Translations under genes and position numbers: made by a program
Shown: piece after piece, positions 9,052-19,150 of the stretch
How positions within the stretch are numbered: position 1 is the first letter of the stretch
Layout: every line of letters starts with the position of its first letter
Source: a virus
DNA: 64,000 nt
Virus record (IMG/VR): IMGVR_UViG_3300030329_005371
Location: 38,631 to 102,630 of that record
Reading direction: 5' to 3' (one strand)
The notes under the pieces: model-generated
Seen by the model: only the letters and a program-made list of their open reading frames with translations
Told to the model about the DNA's origin: nothing
The model's database searches: none

Positions 9052-9932
9052 GAGTGGTTCTGGTTGGGTGTGGTTCTATGGGACAAAAGCATCTTAATGT
9101 GCTGGACTCTATTGATAATTTAGAAGTAGTGGGAGTTATTGATCCTACTTTTGAAAGAGAAGGTATTAATTTCAGCTCCATAGAACAATTTTTAGAAACA
9201 GAAGTTCCAGTTGATTTTGCCATCGTGGCAACTCCAACCAGTTATCATCACAAAAGTGCCATATCTCTTATTCATAATGGCATTCATGTATTGATTGAGA
9301 AACCAATCGCCCCCACTCTTCAAGAGGCAGAAGAGATTAGATACGCAGCTACCAAGCACAATGTTAAAGTAGCAGTGGGTCATATTGAAAGATTTAATCC
9401 GGCAATTGTTGCTTTACGTAACGATTTAAAAGAGCAAAATGTTTTGACCTGTAATATTAAGCGTATCAGCCCCTATCCTGCTCGTATTCAAGATATAGGG
9501 GTAAAGTTAGATTTAGGCATTCATGATGTAGATTTGGTGAGATATATAACCGGCAAAGAGGTTAAGAATTATCATTGTACTTCTTCCAAGGTAACACATC
9601 CAGATCGAGAAGACACAGCTTTATTTTATTTTCATTTAGGAAATACGTCCGCTACGATTTTAAACAGCTGGATGTCTCCTTTTCGGGAGAGAAAAATAGA
9701 TGTCATGACAGAAGAACATTATTATAAAATTGATTTGATGACACAAAGCGTGGCAAAATATTCCATTATGGAATCGAACAGCTATGGGATTACGGATTTA
9801 TATATTCAGCGTACAAATGCTCTACAGGACCAAACTATCGCATTTATAAATTTTATTGAAACGAATGATGCGGGAGATTTAGCGCAATTAGAAGATGCGA
9901 TGATTGCTTTGGGATATGTTTTAGGAGATTAA
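9048..9932 (+). CDS. Gfo/Idh/MocA NAD-dependent oxidoreductase (WbpB-like sugar 3-dehydrogenase)
   Basis: GCGSMG, IVATPT..H, HVLIEKPIA, VGHIERFNPA, DLGIHDVD; coupled to the aminotransferase gene. Confidence 0.92.
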   Translation: MRVVLVGCGSMGQKHLNVLDSIDNLEVVGVIDPTFEREGINFSSIEQFLETEVPVDFAIVATPTSYHHKSAISLIHNGIHVLIEKPIAPTLQEAEEIRYAATKHNVKVAVGHIERFNPAIVALRNDLKEQNVLTCNIKRISPYPARIQDIGVKLDLGIHDVDLVRYITGKEVKNYHCTSSKVTHPDREDTALFYFHLGNTSATILNSWMSPFRERKIDVMTEEHYYKIDLMTQSVAKYSIMESNSYGITDLYIQRTNALQDQTIAFINFIETNDAGDLAQLEDAMIALGYVLGD

Positions 9933-9933
9933 G

Positions 9934-10824
9934 ATGAAAGCCTGTATAAGTTATATTTCTTCGCGTACACGGTGTATTGAGTATAGCCTTAAATCGTTAT
10001 GGGATAATTTCAATTGTGATTACAATTATCCGGTATATGTAAATTATTTTGATGATATTTATGATAATTTGGATTTACGCTCTCACATTACAAGACACAA
10101 TGAGCAAAATGTTATCTTTTGTCAAGTCCCCTATCAAACTCCCTCTTTTTTGAAAGAGGAAGAACTTTTTTATAATCGTAAAGATTTGTGGTATGCTCGT
10201 GAAAGATTTTCAATTGCTCGTAAAGGATATCTTCATATGTGTCATTACACAAGCAATATGTATGGATATCCTAATACTAATTTACATGAATATGATTATG
10301 TGATGACGCATGATGACGAGGCCGGATATACTAAGAAAATGCCCTATAATCCTTTTGAAGTTATGGAAAAACAACCTTACTGGATCGGAGCATATGCGGT
10401 TAATCAACGCCTTAAAAATGGCCACCCCCATCAGGGACACTTAGATACTCGAACTGGACTGTGGGAGTTCACTCGTAATTTTCTTAAGGAAAACGAAATA
10501 GTTCCCGAATCTCCCGTTCTACAAGCGCTGCTAAAAGAAACGAAAGCAGAGAACCTATATCATTATATTAAATGGTGCGATACGTATGTTATTAAAACTG
10601 AAATATTCAGATCGGAATTGTGGAATAAGTGGATCACTGCGATTAATAATAATGGTGGCATATACAAATATCGATGGGGAGATAATGAGATTGTAACATT
10701 ATTTGCTTATATGAGCCAAGATAAAATATTTGATTTAAAAACAGTCCCAGAAGGCTACCATGATCAAGGAATGTTTAGAAATATTCAAGACTACGCACCT
10801 GGAGTTAAAGATGTCGCAAAATAA
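9934..10824 (+). CDS. GT15 (KRE2/MNT1-like) alpha-1,2-mannosyltransferase homolog
   Basis: FN...NYPV, GYLHMCHY (cf. fungal SYRHMCRF), YDYVMTHDD, YNPFEVM, GGIYKYRWGD (cf. GGFFYERWGD). Confidence 0.8.
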   Translation: MKACISYISSRTRCIEYSLKSLWDNFNCDYNYPVYVNYFDDIYDNLDLRSHITRHNEQNVIFCQVPYQTPSFLKEEELFYNRKDLWYARERFSIARKGYLHMCHYTSNMYGYPNTNLHEYDYVMTHDDEAGYTKKMPYNPFEVMEKQPYWIGAYAVNQRLKNGHPHQGHLDTRTGLWEFTRNFLKENEIVPESPVLQALLKETKAENLYHYIKWCDTYVIKTEIFRSELWNKWITAINNNGGIYKYRWGDNEIVTLFAYMSQDKIFDLKTVPEGYHDQGMFRNIQDYAPGVKDVAK

Positions 10825-11626
10825 TATTGAGAAAAAACTAAAGCGCGAATTAGAAGACATGCAGAATTTGTGGCTTAATGGATCTAATCCGTCTTTGTGG
10901 GGATGGGAAAAAGCCTTGGAGAATTTCAACAAGAGTCCATATCCCATAGACATAGATTATATCGAACGAAGATGTATTTTACCATGTATGACTCCCGCGT
11001 CCACTGTTTTAGATATCGGCACTAACGGAGGATTTTGGCTTGGCAGGATGAAAAACGCTAAAAGACTTATTGGAATAGATGCGCTCCCTGCGGCACATCT
11101 TGGATTTTGGAGCCGCATGACTAGAGATCTATCGCCAGAAGAATTAAAAAAGGTAGAATTCCATCAAATATCAGACTTTAAGTGTTCGTTCTTGGAGGAC
11201 AATAGTATAGATTACGTATTTTCATATGATGTATTTTGTCATATCTCATATTCCGGCGCCAAAGCTTATATAGAAAATTTAGCACCAAAACTTAAAAAAG
11301 GGGCAAATTGCTTTATTATGATTGCAGATTATGATAAATATATCTACAAAGATCGAGCACTTTTTATAGGTGACGCCGAAGATTCCAATAAATTTATTAA
11401 CTTAAATGGATTAAATAAGCTAGCTAAAGGCGCCGGATTCGATAGTGTAGATGAATTTGTCGCCGATTATGATGGCATTAAGAAACAATCTCCAGGTCGG
11501 TGGTATTTTTACAATACCGATCGGTTTGTAGAACTGATTGAGAATAATGACTATGAATTGATAAATCGCGATGTGGCAGTAATCGCCGATCCATTAAATC
11601 CCATAATTCACTTTAGGAAGCTATAA
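10811..11626 (+). CDS. Class I SAM-dependent methyltransferase
   Basis: VLDIGTNGG, GID, DNSIDYVFSYDVFCH, LKKGA. Likely ATG start at 10811 after GGAG. Confidence 0.85.
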   Translation: MSQNNIEKKLKRELEDMQNLWLNGSNPSLWGWEKALENFNKSPYPIDIDYIERRCILPCMTPASTVLDIGTNGGFWLGRMKNAKRLIGIDALPAAHLGFWSRMTRDLSPEELKKVEFHQISDFKCSFLEDNSIDYVFSYDVFCHISYSGAKAYIENLAPKLKKGANCFIMIADYDKYIYKDRALFIGDAEDSNKFINLNGLNKLAKGAGFDSVDEFVADYDGIKKQSPGRWYFYNTDRFVELIENNDYELINRDVAVIADPLNPIIHFRKL

Positions 11627-12288
11627 TGAAATCATCACTAAAAGATAGTATTTTGAGAAAATTTATTACCCCTGACTCTAATGGGAATACATTAATGACG
11701 CCGATTGTTATTTCTCGCGAAAAGAAAGTGCTTTATTTTCATATCGCCAAAACAGGAGGATCCTCTATCGCTCAGCTTCTCCGAAATAACAAAATGGATG
11801 ATATGGTGTTAGGAAACAAACGAGGCATTCATGAAGAAAAAGTTGCTTACTTTGAGGAAGTCCTGGAGGAGTGGGAGGAATATTATAAATTTACATTTGT
11901 GCGAAACAAGTTTGATCTTTTAATCTCGCTCTACAATTATGACAGACAGTTGAATGGAAAATATAGTCTTCCTAATCATGTAACTTTTGAAGAGTTTATC
12001 ACCAACCATGTTGGAGTCCAAGATCCTATTTATACACACTGGATTGACCAATATTATTTGACATACGCTGATGGCGAGTGTATGTATGATTTTGTTGGAA
12101 GATTCGAGAATTATAATGAAGATTTAAATACAGTCTGTAAACATCTCGGAATTGAAAATACCCAGATTCGCACAAATATAGGCAACTATGATCGCAGCAA
12201 AAAACAAGAATACTACACTGAAGATCTAAAACAAATTGTAAAGGATAGATTTTCTGACGAAATAGAGTGTTTTAATTGGTGGTATTAA
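11626..12288 (+). CDS. Sulfotransferase family 2 (carbohydrate sulfotransferase-like)
   Basis: 5'-PSB FHIAKTGGSSI, 3'-PB FTFVRN...LISLY, H..Q, DFVGRFE. Confidence 0.85.
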   Translation: MKSSLKDSILRKFITPDSNGNTLMTPIVISREKKVLYFHIAKTGGSSIAQLLRNNKMDDMVLGNKRGIHEEKVAYFEEVLEEWEEYYKFTFVRNKFDLLISLYNYDRQLNGKYSLPNHVTFEEFITNHVGVQDPIYTHWIDQYYLTYADGECMYDFVGRFENYNEDLNTVCKHLGIENTQIRTNIGNYDRSKKQEYYTEDLKQIVKDRFSDEIECFNWWY

Positions 12289-13107
12289 ATGGGAAAATTT
12301 AAGACTTGGAAAGAATTTGATGAATCGCGAGAGCTTGGATCTCCTACGATACACATTAAACCACGCGACTACGCATTGAGACTGATGCGATATCAGATGT
12401 CCTGCAACCGCCCTAAAAGACCTGACCGGCCTGGAAGACCTCCTAGAAGTGTTGAAAGATTTGCTGCCCATGGTGAGGATGGTATACTAGAAGAGATATT
12501 TTTAAATCGCTTGAACATTCAAAAAGGAATAGCATGCGAATTCGGTGCTTGGGACGGTATAGCATATAGTAATACTTTTAATCTTGTAAAAAATTATGGT
12601 TGGAAATGCCACATGATCGAGGCCGATCCGCAAAAAGCAAAAGAACTGCGAAAAACCGCATCAAGACCAGGATTAGATATTATTCCATATGAATATCTTA
12701 TTGATTATAAATCAAGATTTATTGGAGATGATAAAACAAATCCATGTGAATCTGTTGCCAAACAAACTATCACCTTAGAATCATTTTTAGACGAAATTAA
12801 CATGCCTCACGATTTTGATCTTTTAAGTATTGATGTTGATGGGCCTGATTATCAAATATGGCAGTCTTTAGAAAATTATCATCCTAAAATTGTAATAATC
12901 GAAGCAAATAATAATGATTTAGATATAATCTACAAAGAAGGCGCAGATCATAGAATACATATGGAGGGGAGCACATCTTTTGGCCCTATGAAAAAACTTG
13001 GAGAGGCAAAAGGATATACTCTTTTGGTCTATACGGGGAATTTGATTTTTGCTAGAAATGATATTTATGAAATTTTAAAGCAATTTAAATCTGTGAGCTT
13101 GGATTGA
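12289..13107 (+). CDS. FkbM-like methyltransferase
   Basis: GEDGIL, EFGAWDG..SNT, IEAD, DLLSIDVDGPDY, GN.IF. Confidence 0.85.
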   Translation: MGKFKTWKEFDESRELGSPTIHIKPRDYALRLMRYQMSCNRPKRPDRPGRPPRSVERFAAHGEDGILEEIFLNRLNIQKGIACEFGAWDGIAYSNTFNLVKNYGWKCHMIEADPQKAKELRKTASRPGLDIIPYEYLIDYKSRFIGDDKTNPCESVAKQTITLESFLDEINMPHDFDLLSIDVDGPDYQIWQSLENYHPKIVIIEANNNDLDIIYKEGADHRIHMEGSTSFGPMKKLGEAKGYTLLVYTGNLIFARNDIYEILKQFKSVSLD

Positions 13108-13113
13108 GATAAC

Positions 13114-13917
13114 ATGGAACAAAAGAAGATTAAAATTTTTAGTCCTGGCGCCTGTGGAACTAGATTTTTAACTGGTATTTTTTCGTATACCCATGGACAA
13201 GAGAGCCCAACAATTCAGGAAGAAATTCTAGAAGATATTTGTAATAAATTTAAATTTCGTTCCGCGGGCCCCACACACTCTCCTTACCACAAGATAGAAA
13301 GTAAAGATCTGAACACCTTACGAAAAATAATTTTTCTTTATGGAGATCCTCGAAATACTTTTTTATCCATTTGTAATAAACACGTTGATAGGAGGCATCG
13401 TCATTTGCTACATTTAGGCTATTTGGGCGATCGAAGCGAACTGGCAACATCTTTGAAGGACTTAGATACTATGCATCGAACGCACATTCCCACAAGATCG
13501 ATTCAATCATCGCGCGAAGCCATGACATTTCAGCGCATATCCCTTGGAGCCCCTAGGGTTACGGTCACTACCGGTTGTCCGGACTATCTGGAGGCTGTAG
13601 CTATTATCATCGAGCAAATTAAATCTTTTTCTGGCCTAGAAGATCACTTCAATTCGTGGCTTCATGCCGATTGTCCAATTCCTATAGCATTTGTAAAATA
13701 TGAATATTTGTTGGAAGTTTTTGATCAGCTTCTAGACTTTGTTGAAATTTATGAATCGCGAAGTTTAATAAAGGCGTATGCTAATGCTGAGTGGAAACCA
13801 AGAAGATCAAAACACGAAGAACACACACATTCGGATAAATTAAATAAATTGTTCGACTCTCTTTTGTCGATACAATCACAATTACCTCCATTTTGGATTA
13901 AGGAGCCAACAAAATGA
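13114..13917 (+). CDS. Putative sulfotransferase-fold protein
   Basis: N-terminal P-loop-like SPGACGTRFL, THSP, IFLYGDPRN...S, W, VKYE. Confidence 0.5.
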   Translation: MEQKKIKIFSPGACGTRFLTGIFSYTHGQESPTIQEEILEDICNKFKFRSAGPTHSPYHKIESKDLNTLRKIIFLYGDPRNTFLSICNKHVDRRHRHLLHLGYLGDRSELATSLKDLDTMHRTHIPTRSIQSSREAMTFQRISLGAPRVTVTTGCPDYLEAVAIIIEQIKSFSGLEDHFNSWLHADCPIPIAFVKYEYLLEVFDQLLDFVEIYESRSLIKAYANAEWKPRRSKHEEHTHSDKLNKLFDSLLSIQSQLPPFWIKEPTK

Positions 13918-14891
13918 AGATATTATTTATAGATCCAGCCGTCCATAGCGCGAAGTCAGCGACATACCACCATTATAATTATCTTTACGATCGATTAAAG
14001 ATGAGGCATTATCACGAAGTTTTTCTTTATAATAAAACTTCCTTTAATAACATTGGAGATGTTTTAATGGAGTGTCATCTAAACAATTTTAAGCCCGATA
14101 TTATTTTCTTTGGAATGGGATGGTTCGCACTAAAGCCTCCACACTTTTCAAAAAATCTACATTTAGACAAAGTAGATATACCAGCCGTAGGATTTTTATT
14201 TAAGCCCCAGAACTTTTTAGAAGAAAAAATAAAATTTTTAAAGAATAATAATTTTGATTTGATTATAAGCTCTGTTCCTCAATGCGATGAATACCAAGAA
14301 AAATCCGGAATTGAGTGTAAATTATTGTCCCAAGCCGGCGATCCGAGGACCTTTTATGATCGTAAAATTGACAAAATTTATGATATTGGCTTTAGCGGAG
14401 CATTACACGACAACCATATCTATGTAGACGGCGCTTTCAAGACCTTCAACATACGCTCACGCGCTCAAGATTTGTTGCGCGAACAAGAAGGCATCTCTGC
14501 TTTTTTAAATGGTAGCGACGATGTAGCGGCCCGCATACCAAGTTATGAGGAGTATGCCAAAAAGATAAGCCAATGTAAGATGTGGATAGCAACCCCCGCG
14601 CCCTTCGAGGAAATTACAGGTAGATATTATGAAATTGGAATGGCTAAGACGCTACTTTTTTGTAGTGAAGTGCCAGAAATTTACAAAGATGTGTTGCGTG
14701 ATGGTGAAAATTGTGTTATATTCTCTAATGATTTAAGTGATTTCTTAGATAAATTTTATTATTATCGAGATAACTGGGAAATTACGCAGCAAATTATTGA
14801 GAATTCCTATAAAGAATTTCACTCAGCCCACACTTGGGAACAGCGTGTAGAATTTTTATTAAGTTATTTTAAAGAGGTACTGGAAAAATAG
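13914..14891 (+). CDS. GT-B glycosyltransferase (Glyco_trans_1_2/CgeB-like)
   Basis: YDIGFSG, R.R, EEYAKKI, RYYE, HTWEQR. Confidence 0.8.
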   Translation: MKILFIDPAVHSAKSATYHHYNYLYDRLKMRHYHEVFLYNKTSFNNIGDVLMECHLNNFKPDIIFFGMGWFALKPPHFSKNLHLDKVDIPAVGFLFKPQNFLEEKIKFLKNNNFDLIISSVPQCDEYQEKSGIECKLLSQAGDPRTFYDRKIDKIYDIGFSGALHDNHIYVDGAFKTFNIRSRAQDLLREQEGISAFLNGSDDVAARIPSYEEYAKKISQCKMWIATPAPFEEITGRYYEIGMAKTLLFCSEVPEIYKDVLRDGENCVIFSNDLSDFLDKFYYYRDNWEITQQIIENSYKEFHSAHTWEQRVEFLLSYFKEVLEK

Positions 14892-14892
14892 A

Positions 14893-16026
14893 ATGGAAAA
14901 AATAAGTGTTATAGGCATCGGAAAATTAGGATTATGTTTTGGTTTAAGCTTAGAAGCAGCCGGCTATCATGTAGTGGGGGTAGACATCAATGAGTCTTAT
15001 GTAGAAGCCATCAACAATAAAACATTTAATAGCTCTGAGCCAATGGTAGAAGAAATGCTAAAAAATAGCAAGCACTTTGAGGCCACCACTAACCTTAAAA
15101 AAGCAATACTCCACTCAGATATAATTTTTGTGATTGTAGCCACTCCTTCTTTATCAAATGGGCGTTATGACCATAAGCAAATAGAAGATCTTTGTGACAA
15201 CCTCATGGCCATGGGCCCTCAAGCCGCACCTAAGCATCTTATTATTAATTGTACTACGATGCCTCAATATTGCGAAAAGCTTCAAGAGCGAGTAGGGTTA
15301 AATAACTGGACTGTTTCTTATAATCCAGAGTTTATAGCCCAAGGAACAATTATAGCCAATCAAGAAAATCCAGATATGGTATTAATTGGAGAATCCAATG
15401 TGGACGTCGGAGATCGATTACAGAAGATATATGAGACGATGACACTAAACACTCCAAAAATTCACAGAATGACTCCCACCGAGGCTGAAATTACAAAAAT
15501 TGCTCTTAATTGTTTTTTAACAACGAAAATTTCTTATACTAATATGATCGGAGATATTGTATCGGCTTCGGGAGGAAGGCCTCAAGTTGTCCTTAATGCT
15601 GTGGGCGCAGACAGCCGCGTTGGCTCTAAGCTCACTCGTTATGGTTTTGGATATGGGGGGCCATGTTTCCCCCGAGATAATCGAGCCATTGGCATCTATG
15701 CTCAAGATATAGGCCTCCCAGCCGATATTAGTGCGGCCACCGACGAAATCAATATTAAACATTTGAGGTTTCAAATCAATGACTTTATAAGAAAGAATGA
15801 TAAACATACCAAGATCTCTTTTGGGGATTGTCCGGAACCAGACCGAGTAATATATGAGAACGTAACATATAAAAAAGGCTCTACCATGATTGAAGAGTCT
15901 CAACAATTAGCTTTTGCGGTGGCGCTAGCAGAGTGTGGATATGAAGTAAGGATTTATGATTGTCGAGAGGTAATAGAGAGCGTACGCGCCTTACATGGTG
16001 AGTTATTTGAATATGTGGAAATATAA
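14893..16026 (+). CDS. UDP-glucose/GDP-mannose 6-dehydrogenase family
   Basis: IGIGKLG, VATPS, YNPEFIAQG, AEITKIALN, catalytic GYGGPCFPRD, TYK. Confidence 0.93.
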   Translation: MEKISVIGIGKLGLCFGLSLEAAGYHVVGVDINESYVEAINNKTFNSSEPMVEEMLKNSKHFEATTNLKKAILHSDIIFVIVATPSLSNGRYDHKQIEDLCDNLMAMGPQAAPKHLIINCTTMPQYCEKLQERVGLNNWTVSYNPEFIAQGTIIANQENPDMVLIGESNVDVGDRLQKIYETMTLNTPKIHRMTPTEAEITKIALNCFLTTKISYTNMIGDIVSASGGRPQVVLNAVGADSRVGSKLTRYGFGYGGPCFPRDNRAIGIYAQDIGLPADISAATDEINIKHLRFQINDFIRKNDKHTKISFGDCPEPDRVIYENVTYKKGSTMIEESQQLAFAVALAECGYEVRIYDCREVIESVRALHGELFEYVEI

Positions 16027-16728
16027 ATGAGTTGGATGAAAAGATATCAAAAGAAGTTTAATATATTTAAAGTAATCTTAGATAAGAAGGATCCTGTTAT
16101 TGTGGAAGTAGGCGCACACTATGGAGAAGATAGTGTAAGATTTACTGAAGCTTTTGAGGATTGTACTGTTTATTGCTTCGAACCGGATCCGCGTAATGTG
16201 GCAGTCTTTAAGAAGTATGTCAATAGCTCTAATATTCATCTCTTCGAATGCGCGTTGTCTAACGAAGAAGGTACCGCAGAATTTTATCAAAGTTTCCAAG
16301 ATTTTGAAAACGAACAGGTACCAGACAAATATGATTGGATATCTCCAGAAGATTACCGCGACTATAACATCAATAGTTCCGGAGCTTCTTCTCTCAAAAA
16401 GGGCTATGAGCATGCTCTAGAAAAGACAGTTACGGTAACAACTAAGCGTTTCGATAATTGGATGGTTGAGAACGATCTTGTTCATGTCGATCTTTTGTGG
16501 ATAGATGTCCAGGGAGCTGAAGAACAAGTAATTGATGGCGCCTCAACTGAATTAGCCAATGTAGATTTCATTTGGATTGAATACGGAGAAACTTTTTACG
16601 AAGGTGCTTTGTCCAGGATGCAAACTATAGCTCTTTTATCAGCCAAAGGTTTTAAAGTGTTAAAAGATTATCCAAATTCATCGGACACCGGAGATCTTTT
16701 ATTTTATAACTTAGCGAGAAAGAAATGA
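16027..16728 (+). CDS. FkbM family methyltransferase
   Basis: EVGAHYGED, FEPDPRN, ALSN..G, SSL, DLLWIDVQGAE. Confidence 0.92.
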   Translation: MSWMKRYQKKFNIFKVILDKKDPVIVEVGAHYGEDSVRFTEAFEDCTVYCFEPDPRNVAVFKKYVNSSNIHLFECALSNEEGTAEFYQSFQDFENEQVPDKYDWISPEDYRDYNINSSGASSLKKGYEHALEKTVTVTTKRFDNWMVENDLVHVDLLWIDVQGAEEQVIDGASTELANVDFIWIEYGETFYEGALSRMQTIALLSAKGFKVLKDYPNSSDTGDLLFYNLARKK

Positions 16729-17597
16729 ATAATTATGAAAATCTTTTAGATTATATTGGATATCACGACAAATGGCACGGCACCAGACAGTCTCAACGTA
16801 CTCCATATGTGTATAATCAGAATGAACACTTAACTAAAGAAATTTTAGATAGAATGAATATCGAAGAAGGTGTTTGTGTGGAATTTGGAGCATGGGACGG
16901 CCTTTATAATTCTAATACTAAGAACTTGATTGACAAAGGATGGCAAGCGATTCTAATCGAGCCAGATGAACAAAAATATACTGAATTAGTTAGAAATTTT
17001 AGTTATAATTCGAGAGTCCGCTGTGTAAAAAGTTTTGTAAATGATACAAATAGTCTTTTGGATGATATTCTCAGAAGAGAGAATGTAGAAGAAATCGATT
17101 TTTGTAGTATCGATATTGATGGTTTAGACCTGGACGTATTTGAGGCGGTCCAAGAATTTTTGCCAAAATTAGTGTGTATAGAGGGAGGGCAAGTAATTCA
17201 CCCTCGCGGCAACAGAATATCAACAGATATATCTAAAAATAATATTCAACAGAGCCTTAAAGTAATGGTACAGAGCTTTGAATATAAGGGATATAAGTTG
17301 CTATGTTCTTATCAGGACGCATTCTTTATTAAAAAAGAGTATTATCATTTATTTAATGTAGATGAAAATTTGATGAATCAGTATATTAATGGCTTGTTAG
17401 CTCTTCCGAGAATTCCATATATTAAGAAACTATTGGATGAAAATAATCTACACAATTCGGTCTTGGAATACGCGCTAAAAGATGTACCAGATTCTATTAC
17501 AGATTACGTTGCCAGAGCTACGAAAAAATACAAAATGAGATGGGTGGATGATTTTTATGCTAATATCCAAGGGCGCTTAGAGGAGTTACGAGAATAA
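16725..17597 (+). CDS. FkbM-like methyltransferase
   Basis: VEFGAWDG..SNT, IEPD, DFCSIDIDGLD; paralog of 12289..13107. Confidence 0.85.
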   Translation: MNNYENLLDYIGYHDKWHGTRQSQRTPYVYNQNEHLTKEILDRMNIEEGVCVEFGAWDGLYNSNTKNLIDKGWQAILIEPDEQKYTELVRNFSYNSRVRCVKSFVNDTNSLLDDILRRENVEEIDFCSIDIDGLDLDVFEAVQEFLPKLVCIEGGQVIHPRGNRISTDISKNNIQQSLKVMVQSFEYKGYKLLCSYQDAFFIKKEYYHLFNVDENLMNQYINGLLALPRIPYIKKLLDENNLHNSVLEYALKDVPDSITDYVARATKKYKMRWVDDFYANIQGRLEELRE

Positions 17598-18310
17598 TGT
17601 ATCGCGCTTTATATACTCATGTGCCAAAGACAGGAGGCACAAGCATCAAAGATGCGCTAGAATCTCATAAAGATAGTTTAGTAATCACAGAAAACAGTAG
17701 CGTAATCAAGGAACATCCTAATATGAATATGGAGCATATTCTGGTCCTAAACTTTAGAAAATCCAACTCAATGCGCAAAAAAGAAGCGATAGGAGAGAAG
17801 ACGTGGAACAATCTTTATAAATTTGCTTTTGTGAGAAATCCTTGGGATCGGTACGTATCTAATTGGCAGTGGCTAGCCCTGAGACTAGGCCAGCGCAATA
17901 GCTGGGTTATGAGAGGCTGGCGAGGTATTGATGGTCATGTTTCTTTTACAAGTTTTGTAAAACAAATGGAAGCATGTTATATCGATTCTCCAAAACTACA
18001 CCACTATCAACACGACAAGTGGCATATTCGCAATCAACTTCATCATCTTGTCGATTATGAAGGGAATATTATGATAGATTATGTCGGACGCTTTGAGAAT
18101 TTACAGGAAGAGTTTTCTACTATATGTAAGGAGATTGACTTAAAGATAGAGCTTCCTCATTTGAACTATTTTGGCCATCAAGAAGGTCTTCCTATGCAAA
18201 AAGAAAAGCCACATTATTCAACATATTATACGGATGAATTAGTAGAAATTGTTAGACAGCGCTCTCAGGCTGATATTGAAGCATTTGGTTACGAATTTGA
18301 GTGGAAATAA
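17597..18310 (+). CDS. Sulfotransferase family 2
   Basis: HVPKTGGTSI, FAFVRNPWDRYVS, H..Q, DYVGRFENLQEEF, DIEAFGYEF. Confidence 0.9.
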   Translation: MYRALYTHVPKTGGTSIKDALESHKDSLVITENSSVIKEHPNMNMEHILVLNFRKSNSMRKKEAIGEKTWNNLYKFAFVRNPWDRYVSNWQWLALRLGQRNSWVMRGWRGIDGHVSFTSFVKQMEACYIDSPKLHHYQHDKWHIRNQLHHLVDYEGNIMIDYVGRFENLQEEFSTICKEIDLKIELPHLNYFGHQEGLPMQKEKPHYSTYYTDELVEIVRQRSQADIEAFGYEFEWK

Positions 18311-19149
18311 TGAATAATTATGTATTAGTAAATATGACAAATGGTTTTGGAAACAATATTTTCCAATACACGGCCGCTCGACTTTTGGCGACTTTTCATA
18401 AGAAAGAAGTATATGCCAATCCTCCTTGGGAAGACTACTACGGAATCTCAGATCTGGAAAAATTAGGCATTAAGTTCAGTGAACAAAAAGCAAATAATGA
18501 GGTATTATATATAAGTGATCAGAACTATCTTCACGCCTTCGATGAAAAATATAGCGATAGAAATTTTATACTAACGGGATATTTTGAAGATTATAGATAT
18601 TATCTCAATCAACGAGAGATGATTAAAAACTGGTTTCCTAACGTACAGGAAAGAAGCAGAGATGATCTGGTTGTCCACATGCGCACAGGAGATAGACTAT
18701 TCATGAAGAATGAATTTTATAGTAAGCCCCGCGCAAAGAACTATTTAGAGGCGATTGAGCAATTTGATTTTAAAAACTTATATATTGTTACAGATATGCC
18801 TAAGTGGGACTATGTAACGGCAGATGAATTACAAGGTATGAAATTTCATCTTAATGTACCTGACAACGAGAGGGTGCCTATCCAAGAGTCCGTGAAGTTT
18901 TTTAATGAGTTTGTGGACGGCTTTAAGAAATACAGCCCAATTGTCGAAAGACGTAGTGTTGGAGAGGATTTTGATTTTATTAGAAGTTTTAAAAACATTT
19001 TATTTGAACACGGAACGCTTTCGTGGTGGGCTGCGTTTTTAAGTGACGCAGACAAAGTGGGCGTTTATGGTCCATGGCGCCCCTTTAAAGGAAATAAAAA
19101 TAAGAATTTAAGTCAAATACCTCTTGACAATTGGTTTAAATGGGAATAA
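18310..19149 (+). CDS. GT11 alpha-1,2-fucosyltransferase-like glycosyltransferase
   Basis: GFGNNIFQY, GYFE, VHMRTGD (HxRxGD donor-binding), VTD, GTLSWWAAFL. Confidence 0.88.
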   Translation: MNNYVLVNMTNGFGNNIFQYTAARLLATFHKKEVYANPPWEDYYGISDLEKLGIKFSEQKANNEVLYISDQNYLHAFDEKYSDRNFILTGYFEDYRYYLNQREMIKNWFPNVQERSRDDLVVHMRTGDRLFMKNEFYSKPRAKNYLEAIEQFDFKNLYIVTDMPKWDYVTADELQGMKFHLNVPDNERVPIQESVKFFNEFVDGFKKYSPIVERRSVGEDFDFIRSFKNILFEHGTLSWWAAFLSDADKVGVYGPWRPFKGNKNKNLSQIPLDNWFKWE

Positions 19150-19150
19150 T

